Of a stretch of 32,000 nucleotides of DNA, positions 17,611 to 25,558 are shown piece after piece (position 1 is the stretch's first letter; each line of letters begins with the position of its first letter). Both the position numbers and the translations under genes were made by a program. A model generated the notes under the pieces. That model saw nothing but the letters and a program-made list of their open reading frames with translations, did no database searches and was not told the origin of the DNA. Source of the stretch: Candidatus Babelota bacterium (GTDB taxonomy: Bacteria; Babelota; Babeliae; Babelales; Vermiphilaceae); assembly GCA_039809905.1 (NCBI GenBank), contig JBDHVY010000001.1:1080001-1112000 (forward strand). The letters run 5' to 3'.

Positions 17611-18468
17611 ATGAAAAAAATAATAGTATCAATAAGTTTAATGTTTTGTTTGTTCCAGATTGCGTCTGGCATGGATAAGCTTAATTTATCTTCGAGTTCT
17701 ATGACATTGAATGAATTTATATTGGTGGGAAAAGATGGCGATCAAATTTCTTTATCACTTGATGTAGCGCAATCAGTTCCTTTATTGGCAGAAAAGATAC
17801 AAGAGAATACTTTTTCATTAGTAATTGCTCACGCAGGAAAAAAAGATCTTCAGGTTATAGATATCTGCGCAAGATTACGTAAAGGATTGGAAGAAAATCC
17901 TGCTATCTATGGAAATAAAAATAGAGATTTGTTGGAGGGTATTGCAAGAGGTATGAGTTTATCTGATCTTGCTCGCACAACAGTCATCTTTAGTGATTTG
18001 TATGGTAAAAAAGATGGGCCGTTGACTTTAGGCTGGGAAACAGGGTGGATTCAGCAATTCGAACAAGATAGAGATCTTGGTCAAGGTCATATAGAAGAAT
18101 TCATTGATCGCACAGAAATTGTTAACGCTATAATGGTTTTTCAGCAAACGGGAAAATCACTTATACTTCCAGAAGAATCACCGGCTACACGCGAACCAAT
18201 AACAGTTGATCAATCTGATTTACAATCTATTTTTATTTCTCAGCAACAACTGAAGAAATTCCAAGCGAAAGTGCAATCGGAAAAAGATAACAAATCTTTA
18301 TTGCAACCAAATAATGGGTGGAGTGATAAACTATTTGATGCGATGCCTTTATTTGCGCAAAAGAAGTTGGCTTTATTATCTGCGTATATGCCTAGATATT
18401 CAATAGTTTTTATGCCGATATCTATTGTAGCCTCGATGTATGTGCTTTATAAAATTAAAAAAGGGTAG
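17611..18468 (+). CDS. Hypothetical secreted protein with C-terminal transmembrane segment
   Basis: MKKIIVSISLMFCLFQIASGM signal peptide; C-terminal IVFMPISIVASMYVLYKIKKG. Confidence 0.75.
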   Translation: MKKIIVSISLMFCLFQIASGMDKLNLSSSSMTLNEFILVGKDGDQISLSLDVAQSVPLLAEKIQENTFSLVIAHAGKKDLQVIDICARLRKGLEENPAIYGNKNRDLLEGIARGMSLSDLARTTVIFSDLYGKKDGPLTLGWETGWIQQFEQDRDLGQGHIEEFIDRTEIVNAIMVFQQTGKSLILPEESPATREPITVDQSDLQSIFISQQQLKKFQAKVQSEKDNKSLLQPNNGWSDKLFDAMPLFAQKKLALLSAYMPRYSIVFMPISIVASMYVLYKIKKG

Positions 18469-18485
18469 AGATAATCTACCCTTTT
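18459..18485. terminator. Bidirectional terminator overlapping both convergent stop codons
   Basis: aaaagggtaga-gataa-tctaccctttt, 11-bp perfect stem between convergent genes. Confidence 0.8.
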
Positions 18486-19582
18486 AAATAATTTAAGATA
18501 CCGAACATTGCTTCGAAAAAAATCAAAATAATAATGAGTACAGAAAAAAGATCTTCTCGTGTTGTATCTATTTTATGCTGAAAAACTGTTTGTACTTCTT
18601 CGACGATGTGCAACTTTCTATCAATGCCAGCATGCCAACTTTTAAGATCAAGTTTTTCTGCAAGCAGAGAATGTATTTCCGAATAATACGGTTCACCTGC
18701 AATTTTTATACTACTTTCAAGACGTTCAGTGATTACTGAAATATCTACTTTTAATTTACGTAATTGCCCTACTGGGTCGCTAAAAAATGTTCCAAAGAAT
18801 GGTAAATAGGCGCCCCACGATAGATTTGTTTTTTTGCGCTCGTAGATAGTATTAATTTCTTGGTCAAGAAGCCGATCAAAAAAGCGTAATTCAAGTTGCT
18901 GAATGTTGGCAAATTCAAACAAATCAATGATGTCGTCATATTCTTCTTCATAAACAAATGCAGCATCAACATCAATAACAATCAAGCTTCCTCTAAAGTA
19001 ACCAATAGCAGAATCTAAGATTTCATTTTTTTGAAATTCTGAAAGTATTTCAGTTTCAAATCTCAAAGTTGATGCAATGGTGCTACCATAATCTTTTTGT
19101 AATTGTGTTAAATCAAGAGATGCTGGTTGTGGATCTACTTGGATGATAATATATGATGCACATGTTTGAAAAAATTTTGGCTGAGCGATATACGATTCTA
19201 TTTTTTTGTATATTGATCGAGCATCAAGAACACTTTGTTGTTGATATTTGTTTGCAAGTTCATTGCAGTTAACACGAAGATTTTCAAGTGTGTCATTAAA
19301 AGGAATTTTATACGTTAATGAGATAGCCCCAAAACTATGTATTTTGCTGCTGATACAATATGAATGTGCATGGGGATGTGGAAGCTCAATAGCAAGAGGA
19401 GCATTATATTGTTTGAAATGTTTTGGTAAATGAAGAGGCTGTTTAATAATATCGCGTGATTCTTCTATTTTTTCTAAATCAATATCATCGCCAACATCAT
19501 ATGCCCATAGAATCAGTATATTTCCTGAAAATATATGATCAGTTTTTTCTTTTTGCTCAAGGTCTTGTGTTTGGGACTGCAT
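18476..19582 (-). CDS. Conserved hypothetical with C-terminal TM; architecture possibly distantly RMD1/DUF155-like
   Basis: GDDIDLEKIEES...FGAISLTYKIPF...LIVIDVDAAFVYEEEYDDIIDLFEFANIQQLELRFFDRLLD and C-terminal EDLFSVLIIILIFFEAMFGIL recall the RMD1 layout. Family assignment is weak. Confidence 0.5.
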   Translation of the reverse strand: MQSQTQDLEQKEKTDHIFSGNILILWAYDVGDDIDLEKIEESRDIIKQPLHLPKHFKQYNAPLAIELPHPHAHSYCISSKIHSFGAISLTYKIPFNDTLENLRVNCNELANKYQQQSVLDARSIYKKIESYIAQPKFFQTCASYIIIQVDPQPASLDLTQLQKDYGSTIASTLRFETEILSEFQKNEILDSAIGYFRGSLIVIDVDAAFVYEEEYDDIIDLFEFANIQQLELRFFDRLLDQEINTIYERKKTNLSWGAYLPFFGTFFSDPVGQLRKLKVDISVITERLESSIKIAGEPYYSEIHSLLAEKLDLKSWHAGIDRKLHIVEEVQTVFQHKIDTTREDLFSVLIIILIFFEAMFGILNYLKG

Positions 19583-19663
19583 GTGCAGATCTTTCTTTTT
19601 TTATAAGTTATTTTTATTGAGCATACTCAAGATTAGATAATAAAAAAAGAGGGTATACATTTT

Positions 19664-19696
19664 TTAAGTGGTGCATCAAAAAAATGCACCACTTAA
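19664..19696. terminator. Hairpin downstream of the Gly/His-rich gene
   Basis: ttaagtggtgcat / atgcaccacttaa, 13-bp perfect stem. The T-run is on the + strand. Confidence 0.6.
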
Positions 19697-19704
19697 TTTT
19701 TTAG

Positions 19705-20214
19705 CTATTCCTGATTTGCTTGTCTAACACTTGCTACGCCTGCTGCAAAGCCCTGATTGTATTTTTCTGATGCCTCTGCTTGGCTAGCAGCTTGTTCAGC
19801 TCTTTGTGCCGATGATTGAGCATTTTCTGCGGCTTGTTGTGCCCTATCGGCATCATCTTGAGTTTTATAATAACGATCATCATAGCTAGAGCGATAAGGA
19901 TATGTAGCACTATATGTTAATGCGGACATAATACCAAAAGATAGTAAAAAATTGCCATATGCCCAACCACCAAATCCACCAGCCCAATATCCACCACGGC
20001 CATAATATCCTCCGTGGTGATATCCGTGTCCGCCATGATATCCATTGTGATGTCCGCCATCATGATGATGACCGCCACCTGCGTGATGTCCGCCCATATG
20101 CCCACCACCACCATGGCCTCCATGTCCACCGCCGCCATGAGAAAATGTATTTTGCGTTAATAGTAATGAGCTTACCATTATTATTAGAGAATATATGTTT
20201 TTTTTCTTATTCAT
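19705..20214 (-). CDS. Small secreted Gly/His-rich protein with membrane segment
   Basis: MNKKKNIYSLIIMVSSLLLTQNTFSHGGGGHGGHGGGGHMGGHHAGGGHHHDGGHH..., then GNFLLSFGIMSALTYSATYPYR. Confidence 0.75.
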   Translation of the reverse strand: MNKKKNIYSLIIMVSSLLLTQNTFSHGGGGHGGHGGGGHMGGHHAGGGHHHDGGHHNGYHGGHGYHHGGYYGRGGYWAGGFGGWAYGNFLLSFGIMSALTYSATYPYRSSYDDRYYKTQDDADRAQQAAENAQSSAQRAEQAASQAEASEKYNQGFAAGVASVRQANQE

Positions 20215-20235
20215 TAAAAATCCTTTTTTTTATAA

Positions 20236-20269
20236 CCCAAATCTTCATTATATGCTGATTGGGGACCCC
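20236..20269 (-). repeat. Dispersed palindromic repeat copy E5 (34 nt), upstream of the 19705..20214 gene
   Basis: Reverse complement ctcttaatat|ggggtccccaatcagcatataatgaagatttggg|ttataaaaaaaagga. Strong match to E4 and its flanks. Confidence 0.8.
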
Positions 20270-20357
20270 ATATTAAGAGAGTTTTAGAGACTTTTTTCGG
20301 ACTAGTATAGTGAAAAAAGCGCAGATTTCTCCGCGCCTTTTTATTTTTTTACATTAT

Positions 20358-21368
20358 TTAATCATAATAGCGATCACATGCTTCTGGACAATCATAACTG
20401 TCTGGGCAGCCATATCTTCTTTCGCACGTTCTACGGCTTATGTAATCATCATCATCATTATAGTAATCTCTGCTATAGTAATCCCACCACCATGGATATA
20501 ATGTCCAGAAATCATACCATGGGCTCCAATAACCGCCCCACCAACGATATGGTACACCGCCCCAGAACCAAACAGGGTAATATCCGCCACCATACCAGAA
20601 GCCCCATGCTCTACGTCCATCTACATTGAAACTTCTCGGACGATTACGTGCTGTTGTTGTGCCACCACGAGGAGCTCTTCCTCGTTGTGCTGTAACAGCT
20701 TTGTTTACAGCTGTAGCATTTTTAGCAGCTACTGGTTGAGCTGTTTGAGCTGCAGCAGTAGCTGCTTGTCTTGTTGCAGGAACTGTTGAAGATATTGGAC
20801 TGCCTGTTTTTGTAGTAGGAGTTGTTTGCGTAGCAGTTCTACCAGCAGCTGTTTGAGCTACAGGTGTGCTAGCTGCAGTTCTGCCGGTTGTAACACCTGA
20901 TTGTCGTGAGGCCGCTGGGGCTTGAGTTGTTCCTGCAGGAGCTTGTTGTGTAGAGCCCGCTCTGGCAGCAGCTGATCCAGCGATAGTACCGGCAGTAACG
21001 CCAGCAAGAGTGCCGGCTGCAACTGCACCTCCACCATAATATCCACTATTTCCAGAAACGTTAACATTTGTAGTACGATTTACATTTGCATTACCACGTC
21101 CGGTAGCGCCTGCTCGGCCTGCATTTGTGCCACGACCGCTACTGATACCTCTACCGGCACCACCACGCATGCCAGCAGAACGTGCACCACCGCCACTAAA
21201 GCTTCGGGCACCGCCACCGCCCATGCCTCTACCTCCACCGCCCATATGTCCGCCGCCACCACCGCCATGTCCACCACCGCCGCCACCTCCACGAGGGAAT
21301 GTGTCATGCGTCAATATGAGCATGCTGGCAAGAATGCTCAATATTATTGTATTTATTTTTTTATTCAT
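20358..21368 (-). CDS. Secreted Gly/Ala/Thr-rich protein with aromatic (W/Y/G) and Cys-rich C-terminus
   Basis: MNKKINTIILSILASMLILTHDTFPRGGGGGGGHGGGGGGHMGGGGRGMGGGGARS..., C-terminal WRAWGFWYGGGYYPVWFWGG-like region and RRTCERRYGCPDSYDCPEACDRYYD. Start set at MNKKINT rather than the track's upstream Met. Confidence 0.75.
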   Translation of the reverse strand: MNKKINTIILSILASMLILTHDTFPRGGGGGGGHGGGGGGHMGGGGRGMGGGGARSFSGGGARSAGMRGGAGRGISSGRGTNAGRAGATGRGNANVNRTTNVNVSGNSGYYGGGAVAAGTLAGVTAGTIAGSAAARAGSTQQAPAGTTQAPAASRQSGVTTGRTAASTPVAQTAAGRTATQTTPTTKTGSPISSTVPATRQAATAAAQTAQPVAAKNATAVNKAVTAQRGRAPRGGTTTARNRPRSFNVDGRRAWGFWYGGGYYPVWFWGGVPYRWWGGYWSPWYDFWTLYPWWWDYYSRDYYNDDDDYISRRTCERRYGCPDSYDCPEACDRYYD

Positions 21369-21395
21369 AAAATGATCCTCAGGATACATCATATT

Positions 21396-21686
21396 TTATT
21401 TGCATGGTTTACAATTATCATCCATGTCGCAATTACATTCGCATTTTCCATCTTTACGACAATCGCATTTATTGCATGATTTTTTCATATCATTGTCATG
21501 GTCTGAAGATTTTTTTTCTGAATGAGAAAAATATCCAGATTTATGTTGATCATGATTGTGATGTTTTTCAGCTTCGTTTTTATGGTCATGATTATGATTC
21601 ATATCATTATGTGAGTGTTTTTCATGATTTTTGTTTTCATGCATTGAGTTTTTTTCCTCGTTGTTCTTTTTCTTGAAATCGTTCAT
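21396..21686 (-). CDS. Small His-rich and Cys-rich putative metal-binding protein
   Basis: HEKHSHNDMNHNHDHKNEAEKHHNHDQHK then CNKCDCRKDGKCECNCDMDDNCKPCK. No signal peptide evident. Confidence 0.65.
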   Translation of the reverse strand: MNDFKKKNNEEKNSMHENKNHEKHSHNDMNHNHDHKNEAEKHHNHDQHKSGYFSHSEKKSSDHDNDMKKSCNKCDCRKDGKCECNCDMDDNCKPCK

Positions 21687-21949
21687 AGCGAACTCCTTTT
21701 TTTGAAAATAAAATATTTATACTACTATAGTTATCATATATAATAATGTTTTCAAATAGCAATAAATATTTAAGAAAAGCATGTAGGCTAAAGGGTTTTT
21801 TGAGGATAAGAGTATTGTAAGAAACTAACCTGAGGGGCTATTCTTAGGCAGAGGATTGAATAACATGAATAAAGGGGGGGGGTTGTCGATTTAAAGAGAG
21901 ATTAGCCCCATTTGCTATATAAATACGCACATGAGGCTACTTAAGTATT

Positions 21950-22006
21950 TTATTTCTTTAATAGTGATAAGAAGGCTTCTTGTGGTACTTCAACTGAGCC
22001 GACCTG
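21950..22006 (-). pseudogene. Duplicate remnant of the lepA 3' end
   Basis: Encodes QVGSVEVPQEAFLSLLKK* identically to the lepA C-terminus but with 10 synonymous nucleotide differences over 57 nt. Confidence 0.85.
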
Positions 22007-22012
22007 TTTTAT

Positions 22013-22046
22013 CCCCAACGTGCACTACGCTTCAATTGGGGACCCC
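22013..22046 (-). repeat. Dispersed palindromic repeat copy E6 (34 nt), between the intact lepA stop and the remnant lepA tail
   Basis: Reverse complement cttaatt|ggggtccccaattgaagcgtagtgcacgttgggg. CCCCAA/TTGGGG stem. Confidence 0.7.
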
Positions 22047-22075
22047 AATTAAGAAAGAAAATAAAGTTTATTTAT

Positions 22076-23893
22076 CTATTTTTTTAGTAATGATAGAAAG
22101 GCTTCTTGCGGAACTTCAACAGATCCGACCTGCTTCATTTTCTTTTTACCTTCTTTTTGTTTTTCAAGCAGTTTACGCTTACGAGATATGTCCCCGCCAT
22201 AGCATTTAGCTGTTACATCCTTGCGTAGCGGAGCTACACGTTCTCGTGCGATGATTTTTGCGCCAATTGCTGCTTGGATAACAACTTCAAAGAGCTGCCG
22301 ATGGATAACTTTTTGTAGGCGCTGCGTAAGGTCTCTTCCAATATAAAAAGCTCTATCACGATGAATAATAATAGAAAGCGCATCAACGGCTTTGCCATTT
22401 AATAAGATATCCATTTTAACTAGATCTGCCGGCTCATATCCAGAGACTTCATAATCAAAGCTTGCGTACCCAGAGCTTAACCCTTTAAGTTCACCATAAA
22501 ACTCCATGGCAACTTCATTAAGTGGCAAGCGATATTTTAAGATAACTCGAGAATCATCAAGATACGTTAAGTTTTGTTGTTTACCGCGTTTTTCTTCACA
22601 CAGTTTAATAACACTGCCAAGATATTGCTGCGGAACAATAATAGTAGCATCAATTACTGGTTCTAAAATTTCATCAATGTAATTGCGTTCGGGAAAATCT
22701 GATGGATTTTCGATGGAAATTGTTTGGCCATTCGTCATTTTAAGCTGATACAGCACACTTGGAGCTGTTGCAATAACTGCTAAATCGTATTCTTGTTCAA
22801 GGCGTTGTTTGAATACTTCCATGTGTAACATGCCCAAAAATCCGCATCTAAATCCAATACCAAGAGCTGCAGAACTCTTTTTTTCAACAGATATACTTGC
22901 ATCATTAAGCGTTAATTTTTCAATAGCTTCTTCAAGTAGACCAATTTCTTCACTATCTACCGGAAATACGCCGGCAAAAACCATTTGTTTTGCTGGTTTA
23001 AAACCAGGAAATAATTCAACTGTTTTTTTATTGTGATAAATAGTATCGCCAATTTGTGCTTCTTTAATGGTCTTCATGCCGGTAATAAGATATCCAACTT
23101 GTCCTGCATAAAGAATATTTGTTGGCGTTGGTTCTGGATACATTAATCCAACTTCAAGCACTTCATAATTTGAGCTTGCTTGTGCTAAACAAATGACATC
23201 GCCTTTTTTAATAATGCCATCATGCAATGCAATAAGACAAACTACGCCACGATAATCATCAAACCACGAATCAAAAAGTAAAGCGCGCAGGGGTTTATCA
23301 GTTGATACTGGCAAACTTGGTACGCGTTCAATAACAGCTTGAAATATTTCTGAAATTCCAATATTTGCTTTTGCTGAAGCTTGAATAACTTCTTCTTCTT
23401 TAAAGTCAAATAAGTTTACAAATTGATTGGTAACTTTTTCGACGTCAGCATTGGGTAAATCAATTTTATTGATGATGGGGATGATTTTTAAATCTTGATC
23501 AAATGCAAGATAGAAATTTGCCATTGTTTGTGCTTGCACTCCTTGTGCCGCATCAATTAAAAGTAATGCGCCCTGGCATGCATAAAGCGATCGCGATACT
23601 TCGTACGTGAAATCAACGTGGCCGGGAGTATCAATTAAATTAAGTAAATATTTAACACCTTTATATTCATAAAACATAGAAGCTGTTTGTGCTTTAACGG
23701 TGATGCCGCGTTCACGTTCTACTTGTAGCTTATCTAAAAATTGTTCTTTTTTTTGGCGTTCGGTAATTGTTCCTGATATTTCAAGAAGACGATCAGATAA
23801 AGTTGATTTACCATGATCGATGTGGGCAATAATTGAAAAATTTCTGATTCTATCAGGAGTAAATTCTTGTAAATTAGGTATGCGTTGGCTCAT
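22076..23893 (-). CDS. lepA: Elongation factor 4 (LepA)
   Basis: IRNFSIIAHIDHGKSTLSDRLLE, DTPGHVDFTYEVSRSL, PIINKIDLPNAD, C-terminal KAKKKMKQVGSVEVPQEAFLSLLKK type ending. Confidence 0.97.
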   Translation of the reverse strand: MSQRIPNLQEFTPDRIRNFSIIAHIDHGKSTLSDRLLEISGTITERQKKEQFLDKLQVERERGITVKAQTASMFYEYKGVKYLLNLIDTPGHVDFTYEVSRSLYACQGALLLIDAAQGVQAQTMANFYLAFDQDLKIIPIINKIDLPNADVEKVTNQFVNLFDFKEEEVIQASAKANIGISEIFQAVIERVPSLPVSTDKPLRALLFDSWFDDYRGVVCLIALHDGIIKKGDVICLAQASSNYEVLEVGLMYPEPTPTNILYAGQVGYLITGMKTIKEAQIGDTIYHNKKTVELFPGFKPAKQMVFAGVFPVDSEEIGLLEEAIEKLTLNDASISVEKKSSAALGIGFRCGFLGMLHMEVFKQRLEQEYDLAVIATAPSVLYQLKMTNGQTISIENPSDFPERNYIDEILEPVIDATIIVPQQYLGSVIKLCEEKRGKQQNLTYLDDSRVILKYRLPLNEVAMEFYGELKGLSSGYASFDYEVSGYEPADLVKMDILLNGKAVDALSIIIHRDRAFYIGRDLTQRLQKVIHRQLFEVVIQAAIGAKIIARERVAPLRKDVTAKCYGGDISRKRKLLEKQKEGKKKMKQVGSVEVPQEAFLSLLKK

Positions 23894-23999
23894 GCGGATC
23901 TCATTTTCATTATTTAATAAGTTTTTGCCTAAAAGTCTCTATTTGTAAGTATAAAGAGATAGGAAGGCATTGTAAAATGGAGTAGTTTTTGAAAAAATA

Positions 24000-24623
24000 T
24001 TACCTTTCAATATCCAAGTGATACAGTATAAAAGTAATTGTATCAGAATATTCGGAATGTTTGTTTTGTAATGGAGCTGGAATTTTATCACTAACAAATC
24101 CATATTTTTCATAAAAGGCTTGGACTCTGTCATTTGCATAAGCAAAGGTCCTCAATTCACATGAAGTAATGTGTGGATATGAGCTCAACGTTGCTGTAAG
24201 TAAATCCTTTCCCACTCCTTGATGACGATAATTTTTGTCAACAACGATATATCGTATATAAGCTTGATTTTCACTTATTTGTTGAGAAAAACAAAAGCCT
24301 ACAATAGTAGGTTCATTTTTTTGTTGAATGGCAACAAATAAGCGTTGACTCGTGTCTCGCAGTTGTTTTTCTTCAAATATGCTTTCAAAAGCGGTAGTCA
24401 TATTAGCAAGATAGGTAGATAATATCTCAGGATTTTGTACGACAGGAGATGTTGGATATCCGTTGATTAAAACTTCTCTAAAGTGTTCATTAATAATTTG
24501 TTTGCTCAGTGTCGCAAGCAAAGGTAAGTCTTCAGGTTCGGCAAGACGTATAGTAATTTCTGCTGATTGTGCAGCAAATATGGAAAATAAGATATATGTG
24601 ATTGATAATCTTATTCTATTCAT
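24000..24623 (-). CDS. GNAT-family N-acetyltransferase with N-terminal signal peptide
   Basis: MNRIRLSITYILFSIFAAQSAEITIRLAEPEDL; acetyl-CoA motif AYIRYIVVDKNYRHQGVGKDLL; YEKYGF. Confidence 0.87.
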   Translation of the reverse strand: MNRIRLSITYILFSIFAAQSAEITIRLAEPEDLPLLATLSKQIINEHFREVLINGYPTSPVVQNPEILSTYLANMTTAFESIFEEKQLRDTSQRLFVAIQQKNEPTIVGFCFSQQISENQAYIRYIVVDKNYRHQGVGKDLLTATLSSYPHITSCELRTFAYANDRVQAFYEKYGFVSDKIPAPLQNKHSEYSDTITFILYHLDIER

Positions 24624-24711
24624 TTAATAAGTCCTTTAGTTCGAAAAAACATTCCAAAATCTCACTACATATAAGCCCTGTTTTTTATATGAAATTCCCT
24701 AGTTCTCGATG

Positions 24712-24740
24712 CTAACCTTTAATATCCAAATGATACAAAA
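24712..24740 (-). pseudogene. Short remnant resembling a GNAT gene 3' end
   Basis: Reverse strand ttg tat cat ttg gat att aaa ggt tag = LYHLDIKG*, versus the intact GNAT end LYHLDIER*. It lies after the stop of the second GNAT gene. Confidence 0.4.
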
Positions 24741-24762
24741 AATACCTAATAAATCCTTGTGC

Positions 24763-25386
24763 TCATCGAATGGTCAGATAGTAATTTGCATGGGTGATTG
24801 GTAATTCCGAATTATCTAATATTAAACCAGTGTATGGATCCAGAGATGCAAAGCCTGTGAGTTCAAATCCAAGCTTTTTGTAAAAAGCGTGTGCTTCATC
24901 ATTGCGATAAGCATGTGTTCTCAATGTACAGTGAGTGATATTTTCAAATGTGTGAATTGCTGTATGAATAAGTTTTTTGCCGATACCTTGTCTTCTTAAT
25001 GTTTTATCAACTCCTATAAAATAAATGTGTACATTTTGTGGATTTTTTTTGTTGAATCTGCAATATCCAACAAGTTGGGGCTGTTCATGCAGGGGTACCT
25101 CTTCTGCCATGATAATACCATATGGTTCTTTGTTAAGTTGTCTGGTTATAAATTCAAGACAAGCATTGTGTTGTTTTTGTATGTGTCTGCACATAAAATT
25201 ATCAAAATCATTTGGGGTGATAATATAAGAATAAAGTTGTGCAAAATGATCCCAAAATACTTGGTTGGTAAAATGATTAATTGCATTAATATCGTTAAGT
25301 GTTGCAGGCCGAACAATAATTTCATTGGATTGTATAAAAAATACAGAAAAAAAAGTGTATGCTACATGTAGTCTTGAAATATTCAT
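24763..25386 (-). CDS. GNAT-family N-acetyltransferase, tandem paralogue with N-terminal signal-like segment
   Basis: MNISRLHVAYTFFSVFFIQSNEIIVRPATLNDI; VHIYFIGVDKTLRRQGIGKKLI; FYKKLGFELTG. Confidence 0.87.
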   Translation of the reverse strand: MNISRLHVAYTFFSVFFIQSNEIIVRPATLNDINAINHFTNQVFWDHFAQLYSYIITPNDFDNFMCRHIQKQHNACLEFITRQLNKEPYGIIMAEEVPLHEQPQLVGYCRFNKKNPQNVHIYFIGVDKTLRRQGIGKKLIHTAIHTFENITHCTLRTHAYRNDEAHAFYKKLGFELTGFASLDPYTGLILDNSELPITHANYYLTIR

Positions 25387-25531
25387 TTTTATAATCCTTT
25401 GTTAGAAATAATTAGTTTAGAGCTGTCTTTTTTATATGAAATGACCTTCTCTATAGTTGTGCTTTGTGCTGCATTAGCAAATGTTGGACTATGGTATGTT
25501 ATGTTTTCAGGACTTGCAATAGATCTCAATG

Positions 25532-25558
25532 CTAGTCTTTGATATCTCAATGATATAA
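25532..25558 (-). pseudogene. Second short remnant resembling a GNAT gene 3' end
   Basis: Reverse strand reads LYH*DIKD*, related to 24712-24740 and the intact GNAT tail. Confidence 0.35.

Noticed and set aside
19705-21368. Tandem DNA repeats or CRISPR-like array suggested by periodic ccaccgcc/gccaccacc runs
   Set aside because: The periodicity is from Gly/His codon runs in coding sequence. There are no spaced identical direct repeats with unique spacers.
19917-21375. Several antisense ORFs in the track over the Gly/His-rich genes (19917-20138, 19959-20258, 20378-20629, 21080-21307, 21127-21375, etc.)
   Set aside because: They come from low-complexity GGN/CAY coding on the opposite strand and encode only Pro/Val/His-rich nonsense with no start context.
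21404-21676. 90-aa plus-strand ORF rich in Tyr/His/Phe
   Set aside because: Antisense to the His/Cys-rich gene; composition explained by complementing His/Asn codons.
21931-22209. 92-aa plus-strand ORF in the track with an internal repeat (YFISLIVIRRLLVVLQLSRPVL / YLSIFLVMIERLLAELQQIRPAS)
   Set aside because: It is antisense to the two copies of the lepA tail. The internal similarity is simply the reverse reading of the lepA 3' duplication, so it is not a separate gene.
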